DNA from: a virus
Lineage: Duplodnaviria > Caudoviricetes
Reading direction: 5' to 3' (one strand)
Length of the DNA stretch: 64,000 bases
IMG/VR virus record: IMGVR_UViG_2912838376_000002
Span: 32,001 to 96,000 of that record
Numbering within the stretch: the stretch's first letter is position 1; each line of letters opens with the position of its first letter. Shown here one piece after another: positions 8,658 through 17,773 of this stretch. Below the pieces are notes generated by a model. It saw only the letters and a list, made by a program, of their open reading frames with translations, did not search any database and was not told the origin of the DNA. The translations under genes and the position numbers were made by a program.

Positions 8658-9184
8658 TTTATAACACCTCCCGGAAATTTTGTAGCGGCCAAGCTTTGCC
8701 CAATAGGTTCATCAAAAACAATCATCTGACTTCCTCTTGATAATTGTTTTCCTCCTAAGCGTAAATAGAAAGGTATTGTGTCTGTCTTTGAAGTTAAATA
8801 CATGTGTCCGTCGCATCCTTGCTCTATACTATACTGACAAGCAAATGCTACTAGATTGTATCCTACACCTGTATATATTCTATCTTTATTTACGCCATTC
8901 CTTTTTAGACCTCTAACATGATATTTATTACAATCCGCACATTCTGCAGATTTAAGATGTACAGTATACTCAGCCTTATTTACTTTAAGAGCAATAACGC
9001 CCTGAACTTCTCCTGGGTACTCGAATGTTTCCAGGGTAAAAATTTCAAAACCTTCTTCAAGATCTTTTTTAAAATCGAAAACCCACTTAGGAGGAACATA
9101 TTCTCCTGCTTCACTAAGAGCTATTTTACGATAATAGCAATCAGTCCACTTCTTGGTTTTATAGTTGTATATCATTTTTATCAA
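8645..9184 (-). CDS. GNAT family acetyltransferase (toxin-like subfamily)
   Basis: YTGVGYNLVAFACQYS...LTSKTDTIPFYLRLGG (GNAT motifs A and B). Confidence 0.75.
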   Translation of the reverse strand: MIKMIYNYKTKKWTDCYYRKIALSEAGEYVPPKWVFDFKKDLEEGFEIFTLETFEYPGEVQGVIALKVNKAEYTVHLKSAECADCNKYHVRGLKRNGVNKDRIYTGVGYNLVAFACQYSIEQGCDGHMYLTSKTDTIPFYLRLGGKQLSRGSQMIVFDEPIGQSLAATKFPGGVIKWLN

Positions 9185-9241
9185 TTCTCTTTCTAGTATT
9201 GTCTTTATATTATAACATAGATTGGAATTATTTTGGGCTAT

Positions 9242-9529
9242 TTACCAGTTGTGCGTGGGCAAATCATCAATTACTTCAATATCTCTATCAAGCATAAGCC
9301 AAGAACATCCTTTTCCCATTGCGTATCCAATTATGAATACTAATGACTCTGGTAGCACTTTACCTGCAAACATTTCTGGATACAGTGGAATAAACGCTCC
9401 ATATTCACCTTTTTCGTAAACAATAAGCTCCATATCGTTCTCTTTTGTTGCCTCAACTTGGCTGTCTAACCATTTAGCCGTTTCGTAAGTAATGTGTGCA
9501 GTAGAAACTTCTAACATTTTTTGAATCAT
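9242..9529 (-). CDS. DUF5983-like protein
   Basis: LEVSTAHIT...EYG...GCSWLMLDRD pattern; RBS GGAGG before MIQKML. Confidence 0.6.
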   Translation of the reverse strand: MIQKMLEVSTAHITYETAKWLDSQVEATKENDMELIVYEKGEYGAFIPLYPEMFAGKVLPESLVFIIGYAMGKGCSWLMLDRDIEVIDDLPTHNW

Positions 9530-9651
9530 ACTTCTTATGCCTCCATCGTCAAATACAAAAAAAGATCCCGAATTAACGGGACCTTTCTTTATAGGGTATT
9601 TCGACTCATTTTTTATTTTAACAATATACACAAAAAATGTATACTTTTCTC

Positions 9652-10104
9652 TTATTCTTCGTCTTCGAAATCACGTAGGTTATCAAGCAACTCTGTAAAT
9701 GTAGAGCAAACAGGGTATATTGCTTTCTCTATATCATCTTCTTCATGATCCCAAAATACGATTGTTGGTGAATCAGGATTGTTTCGATAATCAAAACATA
9801 AAAAATTTCCAAACGAATCACTTGCAAATGGGTATACTCGATCCACCAACCATTCTTTTATATTCTCGTATCTTTGGACAATTGAATATTTATCATCCAT
9901 ATGTAGAGTTAATAGATCATTAAATGTACTTTCATCTTGTCCTGCTATATCAAAAACTTTAGGCTGAGGATATCCTCCGTCATTTTCTTTAACACACTCA
10001 ATAAAATCATTAGGTAATTTAATGTTAAAATACTCTTCTACTTTTTTTATCTCATTATCCGTAATTTCTTTTTTACTTACACCAATCCATGTAATGTTAC
10101 TCAC
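9652..10104 (-). CDS. SMI1/KNR4 (SUKH) immunity protein
   Basis: EEYFNIKLPNDF...NDGG...PFASDSFGNFLCFDY...IVFWDHE. Confidence 0.9.
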   Translation of the reverse strand: MSNITWIGVSKKEITDNEIKKVEEYFNIKLPNDFIECVKENDGGYPQPKVFDIAGQDESTFNDLLTLHMDDKYSIVQRYENIKEWLVDRVYPFASDSFGNFLCFDYRNNPDSPTIVFWDHEEDDIEKAIYPVCSTFTELLDNLRDFEDEE

Positions 10105-10116
10105 GGGTCAACCTCC

Positions 10117-11349
10117 TTATTTTTCACCTTTTTTGCCCCAAATATTATATCCACCAGTATGACCAGTTTTCTCATGCAGGAACGCGTCTACGAGCTGCAT
10201 TCTACCTGTATCCTGATGGTGGTGCCATGTATACGTCTTAGGTTTTTCACCCCTCTTAAATAGTTCAATTTCCTCTGCTGTAAATTTAGCAGCCAATTTT
10301 GGATCTTTTACTATTTGTTCGTATAACAGCTTATTACATATTCTATCATGTGTAGGTCTTGTTTTTTTAAAGTCAGCTTCTTTTAGTTTAACTTCAGCAA
10401 AAGCATCGAAAATAGGGAACCCATCTAAATCATACGGTACACCTGAAACTGGATGCCTATCTCCCGCCAACTCCCCTTTTCTTAATTTGATTGTCTTTGG
10501 ACCATTTTTACCTTCATAAGTATAGGTGACCGCTTTCTGTAAATACTGCTGAGTACTTCCGACTCCCGCATATGAAAGATGGTTCCCACCTTTAAACTCA
10601 TAGTTGTTTAATATATGCAATGCATTTCTGTATGCTGGGGAATTAATTACAAGTGATTTACCTTTAGCAAAACCTGTAACAGCAGCTACCTTCCCTACTT
10701 GTCCTGCTTTACTAAGACCCTTATCACCCAGAAGTCCGAGTCCTAACGTTGTTATACCATAAGCTACATAATGCTCTCTACTTTCCAAATCTCCATTCCA
10801 AAACTTATTCATAAATGTATCTGAGAAAGCGTTCCATGCAGCAGGAATAGTTTCCTCATAGTTTACAATCGCATCTCTCATATTCAGCCAGGTTTCTTTA
10901 TCAGCTAAGGATATTAGTCCTTCCCATGCATCTACTGCACCATCTACAAAACCAGTAGAAATACCAGTCCACGCAGCACTTAAATCCTTTTTATTAAAAA
11001 ATGACTCTTCTGATTTTGGAGGGAGTTTTCCACACATGGCTCCTTCTTGAATATCAGAATCAGCTAGATTCCCGCCATACAGCTCATCGGCTTCTCGGAA
11101 TTTAACAGCTGCACGTTCTAATTCTACTGCAATTTTTTCTAATTCTTGTAGAACATTAAACATCATTGGTTTCGTATCATTAAACATATGGTAGAACCGA
11201 TCACTAGTTGCTCCACTCCATTGAGAAGCAATGTATTCTGTTTGTTTATATAAATCTTTATGTATGTACTCTAGGGTTGATTTCGCATCTCTTACGGTTT
11301 TGGCCGCATTTTCTAATTGCTCTGGCGTTACCTTAATCTGCGTACTCAT
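10117..11349 (-). CDS. WXG100-domain T7SS polymorphic toxin with C-terminal HNH (WHH-type) nuclease
   Basis: IKVTPEQLE...WSG N-terminus; TWHHHQDTGRMQLV...H...GHTGG C-terminus; adjacent SUKH immunity gene. Confidence 0.88.
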   Translation of the reverse strand: MSTQIKVTPEQLENAAKTVRDAKSTLEYIHKDLYKQTEYIASQWSGATSDRFYHMFNDTKPMMFNVLQELEKIAVELERAAVKFREADELYGGNLADSDIQEGAMCGKLPPKSEESFFNKKDLSAAWTGISTGFVDGAVDAWEGLISLADKETWLNMRDAIVNYEETIPAAWNAFSDTFMNKFWNGDLESREHYVAYGITTLGLGLLGDKGLSKAGQVGKVAAVTGFAKGKSLVINSPAYRNALHILNNYEFKGGNHLSYAGVGSTQQYLQKAVTYTYEGKNGPKTIKLRKGELAGDRHPVSGVPYDLDGFPIFDAFAEVKLKEADFKKTRPTHDRICNKLLYEQIVKDPKLAAKFTAEEIELFKRGEKPKTYTWHHHQDTGRMQLVDAFLHEKTGHTGGYNIWGKKGEK

Positions 11350-11468
11350 TCCATCCCTTCTTTTCTTGTATATTAAGAAAATTATAACATATTGTTCATT
11401 TATGTTACTTGGGTTTTGAGTATCAACATATAAAAACTTTTACTATAAAAAACAAAAAGGACCGCTCA

Positions 11469-12230
11469 TTAAAGAGCAAGTCCTTGTTTATTGATGTCCA
11501 TTAACATCTTATTGATTTTGTCATAATCAGCTTTTGCAGGAAGCTCCGATTTTTCAAAGGCTGCAGCTAATTCATTGTCATACATTTCAACCATTTCTAA
11601 TGCTTCTTCGAAAGTGTATTTTCCATTACGACAATCTAATAGCAATTCACGATTAGGACGATATGTACTGTAATCACCGGTCTCCAAGATCTCTGTTGCA
11701 CTTGTTAGTAATCTGATACTGTGCATAAAGAACTTTGTATCGTAGCCATGAGCATCGATTAAGTCGCGTCTGCCTGTTCCGTTTGAGTTCTTGTTCTTTA
11801 GTTTTTGGATTTGTGAATTTGCATATCCACCGAATCGATACTTGATGTTTTTAGATAAGAACAAGTGACGGTTATCGATTAAGATTTGTCCTAGTGGAGT
11901 AACCTTGATGTAATCCTCAGGACGAACAAATAGGATCTCGATGTTATTAGGTACGCTTTGCATAGCATCTCTAACAAATTTGTTTACATGAATGATGTTC
12001 ACATCTACATCGTCTTTCGTATTTCTGAAGTTTTTACCACCTGATGTATTGTACTCATTAAATGAATCCAAACCTAAGTAATACTCAACTGGTGGGATAC
12101 ATACACCCTTGTAGTCCTTATCTGATGTATCTGTATTTGTTCCATAGGCATAACTACCTGTAGGAGACAAGATGATTGTTCTATCTTCTAACCACGTTAA
12201 ATTGGATTGCTCTAATTTTAAATCTGTCAT
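11469..12230 (-). CDS. Pol-beta superfamily nucleotidyltransferase (YcgL/RlaP-like)
   Basis: GSYAYGTNTDTSDKDYKG motif; PNNIEIL; YDTKFFMHSIRLL. Confidence 0.8.
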   Translation of the reverse strand: MTDLKLEQSNLTWLEDRTIILSPTGSYAYGTNTDTSDKDYKGVCIPPVEYYLGLDSFNEYNTSGGKNFRNTKDDVDVNIIHVNKFVRDAMQSVPNNIEILFVRPEDYIKVTPLGQILIDNRHLFLSKNIKYRFGGYANSQIQKLKNKNSNGTGRRDLIDAHGYDTKFFMHSIRLLTSATEILETGDYSTYRPNRELLLDCRNGKYTFEEALEMVEMYDNELAAAFEKSELPAKADYDKINKMLMDINKQGLAL

Positions 12231-12481
12231 TTTGAAGCCCCCTTCATTCTTTTAAGTAAATCTATTCTACCAGTAAGGATATTTAATCCATGATGGCTCA
12301 GATGTGGAATTACATCATGAAGAGTCATTAACATGATTTCCTCATATTTCGGATGATTAACAATTGTATCATCCATGTACGTCTTCTGTAACTCTTTTAT
12401 AGCTTCCTCTTTTCTCTGTAATGAAAGAGAACCGCAGCACTGTCTAAATCCTGGGTTTCTATCACTTCCACAAACACACAT
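12227..12481 (-). CDS. SEC-C motif protein
   Basis: CVCGS...FRQCCG. Confidence 0.55.
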   Translation of the reverse strand: MCVCGSDRNPGFRQCCGSLSLQRKEEAIKELQKTYMDDTIVNHPKYEEIMLMTLHDVIPHLSHHGLNILTGRIDLLKRMKGASK

Positions 12482-12482
12482 A

Positions 12483-12800
12483 CTAAGCTACCTCCTTTAA
12501 GGAATGTTGCTCCTTAATTTGTTCTGCAATAGCTGAAGCAACAGCTGCAACATGAATACATTCCATATATAAATCGTCTGCATCTGTATCTTTCACACTA
12601 GCTAATCCTAATTCACTTTGAGCAGCTTGGCATACTTCTCCAAACTCTTCTCCTAAGATAGATAGCCATGTACCAATAGGGTGTCGTTGAATACCCCACT
12701 TTTCATTTTGACGAAGACGTTCTTGATATACTTCTTCATTTACACTATCCATTAATTTTTCATTTTCAGTCACTTGAATCACCTTCCTCATAAAGAACAT
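12483..12800 (-). CDS. MazG-like NTP pyrophosphohydrolase
   Basis: QNEKWG...LGEEFGEVCQA...ECIHVAAVA. Confidence 0.75.
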   Translation of the reverse strand: MFFMRKVIQVTENEKLMDSVNEEVYQERLRQNEKWGIQRHPIGTWLSILGEEFGEVCQAAQSELGLASVKDTDADDLYMECIHVAAVASAIAEQIKEQHSLKEVA

Positions 12801-13071
12801 CCAGTAACTTACGGATCTTCTCTTCTAACTCTTCGTCTTCTTCATCAAACCATATATGTCTTTTCCACTCTAAATCGGATAAGATTTCTTTCTTTGTTTG
12901 AAAAGTATACTCAGTAGTTACTATTAGTTCAGCATTTTTAAATACTGCCGTTACATCAAAACTAGAACCAATAAACCAATTCAATAGGCTTACAACATCA
13001 TCGTTATATTCCTTTGTACGGAAGATACTTAATGATTCATAACTTTTAAGAATAACTATGTAAGAATCCAT
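12766..13071 (-). CDS. Hypothetical protein
   Basis: Purine-rich RBS before MDSYIV. Confidence 0.6.
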   Translation of the reverse strand: MDSYIVILKSYESLSIFRTKEYNDDVVSLLNWFIGSSFDVTAVFKNAELIVTTEYTFQTKKEILSDLEWKRHIWFDEEDEELEEKIRKLLDVLYEEGDSSD

Positions 13072-13085
13072 TCCCCTTCCCCCTC

Positions 13086-13241
13086 TTACTGTTCTTTTGG
13101 ACAATTTCCACAGTTGCAGTTTCTTCTAGCATTCAGGTAATTGTGCCATCGTTGCTCCGCCATTCCTGGTGGTGGTTGACCGAATAGATATTTCTTCGCT
13201 TCTACTACTAAACATTTCTTTTCAATTGGTCTTGTTTCCAT
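13086..13241 (-). CDS. Small Cys-tailed protein (51 aa, not in the ORF track)
   Basis: METRPIEKK...RRNCNCGNCPKEQ with RBS AGGAG. Confidence 0.55.
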   Translation of the reverse strand: METRPIEKKCLVVEAKKYLFGQPPPGMAEQRWHNYLNARRNCNCGNCPKEQ

Positions 13242-13339
13242 ATCCCTACTCCTACTACTTCTTCATTTCATCTATCGTAAGCACTTCATAAGAAACGTCA
13301 ATAGGCAAAATAAAAAGAGTCCCATCAGAGACCCATTGT

Positions 13340-13603
13340 TTATTTTTTGTCTTGTTTAAGTGGTATTACAGGAATTGAAAATACTGCTTTTAATACAGGG
13401 AATATTGTTCCTAATATAATAGCAGGGATATCTATAATTGCCCACAAAATGTGGTATAGCTTAATGCTCTTTGCCCCGTAACCAACAGTAGCCAATTTAA
13501 GCCCACTATTGAAAATCCAAAATGCTCTAACCACTACATAAATTGAGTAGATACCAAGCAAGGCAAATTGCCACCAAGTTAACTCTGTAATTAATGCGCT
13601 CAT
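13340..13603 (-). CDS. Membrane protein
   Basis: RBS GGAGGT; hydrophobic segments. Confidence 0.65.
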   Translation of the reverse strand: MSALITELTWWQFALLGIYSIYVVVRAFWIFNSGLKLATVGYGAKSIKLYHILWAIIDIPAIILGTIFPVLKAVFSIPVIPLKQDKK

Positions 13604-13650
13604 TACGTTACCTCCATTTATTAAAAAGAGCCCAAAATAGGGCTCTCACT

Positions 13651-13836
13651 CTACCAGAATATAGCTACTGCAGCAGCATCTACAAATCCCCAAAATAAGA
13701 AGAACATGATACCGATGATTCCAATGAACATTCGAATCCAGTTTCTATTTTCTAAATGGTAAACTGTAAAAGCTAAACTACCTACGAACCCAAAAGCTGA
13801 AACAACTAATAGGCACATAGCACTAATTAACATCAT
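13651..13836 (-). CDS. Small 2-TM membrane protein
   Basis: Start overlaps the thioredoxin stop (ATGA). Confidence 0.6.
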   Translation of the reverse strand: MMLISAMCLLVVSAFGFVGSLAFTVYHLENRNWIRMFIGIIGIMFFLFWGFVDAAAVAIFW

Positions 13837-14084
13837 TGTGCACCTTGGTACAGGTCAATAATTTCTCCTAGCTGGCCAGGATTAAAACCAGTTGTACGCA
13901 TAACTTCTTTGTCGCCGTTTTTAAGAATGACAACAGGAACTGACATTAAAACATCATGCTCTACCGCTTTTCCAGGGTCTGCTTCTACATCTACAGAAGT
14001 AAAAGCTACGTCTTCGTCACGTAAGAAATTTTCAACCATATTGCAAGGGTTACATCCCTTTTTACCAAACTTAATAATTTCCAT
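13833..14084 (-). CDS. Thioredoxin/NrdH-like redoxin
   Basis: CNPC active site, SVP cis-Pro loop; located in the nrd operon. Confidence 0.85.
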   Translation of the reverse strand: MEIIKFGKKGCNPCNMVENFLRDEDVAFTSVDVEADPGKAVEHDVLMSVPVVILKNGDKEVMRTTGFNPGQLGEIIDLYQGAQ

Positions 14085-14116
14085 TTCAAATACCGTCCTT
14101 TATCTTGATGTTTTAA

Positions 14117-15153
14117 TTAAGCTGCATATGATGGAAGGCCTTCAAACACAAAATCTTCGTCTCGTACTTCTTCAACGTTAATGGCTTTTACATATCCATT
14201 TCCTTTAACAGAGAAGAAATCATGTTGTTTCGTTTTTGTTTGTAGTCCATTTTGAACGATTGGATTTACATACTCATCATCAAAGTATTGGTCATATCCT
14301 AAATTCATCATTGCTTTATTTGCGTTATAACGTAGGAATTTGTTTACTTCTTCGATCATGTCTTGTCCAAGTGGAGCATACACATCATTCGTGTAATCTA
14401 ATTCATTCGCGTATAACACTTCTAATAATTGAATTGCTTCTTTATCTACCTCTTGCTGTTCAGCTTCAGTAAGTTGGTTTTCATAAATCTCTTGAGCAAA
14501 GATACCACCTGTTACCCCGTGAATTGCCTCATCCCTTAAAATTAATGCGATGATTTCACCGGAAGCAGTTAGCTGTCCTTGTCCTGCTAAGAATAGCGGA
14601 TAGAAGAATCCACTGTAGAATAAAAAGCTTTCTAAGAATACTGATGCTACTATAGCCATATATAGTTCTTTTGGATCCACATCAGGTTTTAATAACTTAC
14701 GATAATGACCTGTTATGATATCAGCTTTCTTTTGAAGGAATGGGTTCTCTTCAACCCAATCAAACACCGCATCTACTTCTTCATTTTCACAAAGAGTCAT
14801 GAAAATATGAGAATACGATTTCGCATGGATATCCTCCATCATTGCCATGAAGTTGATAATTGCTTTCTTTTGAGGGTCTTCCATATGCAATGAGACAAGT
14901 GGCATACCATACCCTCTCCACCTTGCTTTGTATCTAATAGCGTTAAACCGCCAAGAACTTTCTTATATACTTCCTTCTGTTCTTTCGGAAGCATGTCCCA
15001 AACGTTCTTATCTTTTGATACAGGTATCTCATTTTCTAGCCAAAACTGTTGGCGCATTTGGTTGTAAATGGACTCGATATATTCTGTATTGTATTTGGTC
15101 CAGTTAACCGCTTTATGTTTCTTTAAATCTACTGATCTAGTACTAATCACCAC
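14117..15153 (-). pseudogene. nrdF: Class Ib RNR beta subunit, frameshifted by a 5-bp tandem duplication at about 14903-14913
   Basis: N-part (KAVNW...FWLENEIP...GLTLLDT) and C-part (MEDIHAKSY, LESFLFYSGF, RDEAIHG, HDFFS) are in different frames; ATACC-ATACC at the junction. Confidence 0.85.
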
Positions 15154-15168
15154 TACTACTCCTCTCTC

Positions 15169-17253
15169 TTATACTGCACAAGCAATACATTCTTCTATAG
15201 TTGAATTTGATGTACGTGTATAGTAAAGGCTCTTAAGCCCTTTCTTTTCTGCATAGATGTAATAACGAGCAAGATCTCTTGTCGAAGTACCATTTGTAAC
15301 GTGCAGAATACATGAAATACCTTGGTCTACGTGAGGTTGGATTTCAGCAATTAAATCAATAACTTTCATTTGATCCATCTCATAAGCAGACTTATAAGAG
15401 AAGAATGTTTGTTTTGATAAGTAAGGCATTGGATAGTAAGTAGTCGCTTTATCAGTTGAGCGAGTTTCTACTTTATCAACGATTGGCATTACGCTTGGTG
15501 TAGCGTTCTGTACATATCCTGAGCTTTGATTCGGAGCAATTGCAAGTCTGTAAGAGTGGTATAAACCATCACGTTGAACTTGCTTCATTAGACGTTCCCA
15601 ATCCTCAGTTGTTGGAATCTGAATACCTTCAAATAGCTTCTTAACTTTTTCAGATTGAGGCAAGAATTCAGTTGTTAAATACTTCTCAAAATAAGTACCT
15701 TTTGCATATTCAGATTTTTCGAACCCTTCAAAAGATACTCCTCTTTCTTTAGCAATCTCTGAAGATTTTTCGATAGAGTGATAGTTCAGCATTGCAAAGA
15801 ATACACGAGCAAAGTCTTTTGCATCTTCTGATTCGTATGGAATGAAGTTCTTAGCAAGGAATCCATGAAGGTTCATTGTTCCAAGACCTACTGAGTGTAA
15901 TGTAGCATTCGCTTTCTTAACACCAGGAGCGTTTTCGATATTAGACTTATCTGTAACATCTGTTAACATTTCCATACCAGTATGCACAGCTTCTTTTACA
16001 TCCTTATTCTCCATTACATTTACAATGTTTAATGAACCTAATACACAAGAAATGTCATTCTTAATCCAGTCCGCGATATTGTAATCGTTAATTACGCTTG
16101 TCTCCATATACTGAAAAATCTCAGTACAAAGATTAGACATTTTAACGTCGCCTAAATCTTTTAATGGATGTTGTTCATTCGCGTTTGTTTTATTCATAAA
16201 ATAAGGATAGCCAGATTCTAATTGAATCGTTGCGATCTTAACTAACATGTCACGAGCTGTAAGGTCTAACTTGCGTTTACGAACCATAGGGTTTGCTACT
16301 AACTCTTCGTATTTCTCATCTAAATCCATATCATCTAGGTGGACTCCATAAGCTTTATAAACAGTAGCAGGTGCAAATACATACATCTCTTTGTTTTGTT
16401 CAGCTAATTGGAAGAACTTTCTCGGTGTAACTAATCCAATAGATAAAGATTGAATACGTGTCTTCTCATCGGCATTTACTTTTTTTGAATCAAGGAATTC
16501 AATTAAGTCCCAATGGAAGATGTTTAAATAAGCAGCACCAGCACCTGGTCGTTGTCCAAGTTGGTTAATGTAAGAGAATGAATCCTCCATTAACTTCATT
16601 ACCGGTAATACACCACTAGCAGCGTTCTCAATACCTTTAATAGCTTCAGTACGACCACGTAATTTACTTAAGTTAATCGCAATTCCTCCACCAATTTTAG
16701 ATAACTGTTTTGCTACTGATAAGTTGTAGTTAATACTATTTAATGAGTCATCCATTTCTAATAGGAAGCAACTAACTAATTCCCCAGCACGAGCTTTACC
16801 AGAATTTAAATATGTTGGTGTAGCCGGTTGGTAATTTTGCTTCATAATTTGGTTCACATAACGTAGTGCTTTCTTTGCATTACCTGACGCTAAGTATAAA
16901 GCTACAATTGCAGCACGATCTTCATAATCTTCTAAGTAGATTTTCTTATCGTCTGAACGTAATGAGTAGTCCTTGTAGAACTTTGTAGCAGCCATATAGG
17001 ATTGGAATTCAAACTTATGAGCATAAGCAGCTTCATAAATACGTTCAACTTCTTCCTCCGTATATTCTCCAAACACATTGTAGTAATAATTGTGTTCGAT
17101 AAGGTACTTGATTTTGTCTAGTATCGAAGCAAACTCTAATTGCTTTGTTTTTACTTCGGCAAGGAATACCGCTAGGGCTTCTTTGTCTTTTGCAAGTTGA
17201 TAGAATCCATCCTTTAAGATCCCAACTTCATTGTTTAATGCAACGTGAGACAT
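15169..17253 (-). CDS. nrdE: Class Ib ribonucleotide reductase alpha subunit
   Basis: QPATPTYLN, VSCFLL, SNLCTEI, LAIAP, C-terminal ECIACAV. Confidence 0.95.
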   Translation of the reverse strand: MSHVALNNEVGILKDGFYQLAKDKEALAVFLAEVKTKQLEFASILDKIKYLIEHNYYYNVFGEYTEEEVERIYEAAYAHKFEFQSYMAATKFYKDYSLRSDDKKIYLEDYEDRAAIVALYLASGNAKKALRYVNQIMKQNYQPATPTYLNSGKARAGELVSCFLLEMDDSLNSINYNLSVAKQLSKIGGGIAINLSKLRGRTEAIKGIENAASGVLPVMKLMEDSFSYINQLGQRPGAGAAYLNIFHWDLIEFLDSKKVNADEKTRIQSLSIGLVTPRKFFQLAEQNKEMYVFAPATVYKAYGVHLDDMDLDEKYEELVANPMVRKRKLDLTARDMLVKIATIQLESGYPYFMNKTNANEQHPLKDLGDVKMSNLCTEIFQYMETSVINDYNIADWIKNDISCVLGSLNIVNVMENKDVKEAVHTGMEMLTDVTDKSNIENAPGVKKANATLHSVGLGTMNLHGFLAKNFIPYESEDAKDFARVFFAMLNYHSIEKSSEIAKERGVSFEGFEKSEYAKGTYFEKYLTTEFLPQSEKVKKLFEGIQIPTTEDWERLMKQVQRDGLYHSYRLAIAPNQSSGYVQNATPSVMPIVDKVETRSTDKATTYYPMPYLSKQTFFSYKSAYEMDQMKVIDLIAEIQPHVDQGISCILHVTNGTSTRDLARYYIYAEKKGLKSLYYTRTSNSTIEECIACAV

Positions 17254-17606
17254 AGTTCTTCTATCCTTTCTTTGGTTATTTGTATATCTTTTCTTGTCCC
17301 GCTTAACTCAAATTGATGAATGAGCGGTACGTGATATTGCTCTGAAATAACTCTTCCTGCAGCTGCGAAGTGTTCACCCCAGTTGCGGTTACCACTACTA
17401 GCAACTCCTTGTAAGAATGAATTATTGGCTTGTAGAAATGACTGTGTAGTTTCTGGAACTTGACCGAATCCTGATGTATAAGTAATCAAGATGAAAGGCT
17501 GTTCCATAACTAAGTCGGGTGTAATTTGTACAGCTGGCATACCGAGTTTCTTAATGAACCTCTTTACGTTTCCAGTCTTGCTGTCAAATACAATCATGTG
17601 CATCAC
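17235..17606 (-). CDS. nrdI: RNR flavodoxin NrdI
   Basis: FDSKTGNVKRF...SSGNRNWG...FELSGT. Confidence 0.95.
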   Translation of the reverse strand: MMHMIVFDSKTGNVKRFIKKLGMPAVQITPDLVMEQPFILITYTSGFGQVPETTQSFLQANNSFLQGVASSGNRNWGEHFAAAGRVISEQYHVPLIHQFELSGTRKDIQITKERIEELCLTLH

Positions 17607-17627
17607 ACCTTTTTTGAAACTTTTTAA

Positions 17628-17656
17628 AATACAACCATTTGATTTCTAAAAGTCAA
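17628..17656 (-). promoter_or_regulatory. nrdI promoter with conserved AAATCAAATGG spacer motif
   Basis: TTGACT-N5-AAATCAAATGG-T-TGTATT. Confidence 0.6.
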
Positions 17657-17722
17657 TTCGAGATATGGCCTATTTTTTAGATTTTCATATGGGCATAGCC
17701 CTACATATAGATTTCTAAAAAT

Positions 17723-17764
17723 CGAACATTCATTCTTGATTCAGGAAAAAATGAGATATAAAAT
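17723..17764 (+). promoter_or_regulatory. Recombinase promoter TTGATT-17-TAAAAT with an adjacent degenerate LexA/DinR box
   Basis: CGAACATTCATTCT at 17723-17736 versus consensus CGAACRNRYGTTCY. Confidence 0.5.
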
Positions 17765-17773
17765 AGAAGTGAG

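Noticed and set aside
14117-17253. Group I intron or intein in nrdE/nrdF
   Set aside because: Lengths are normal; the only interruption is a 5-bp duplication.
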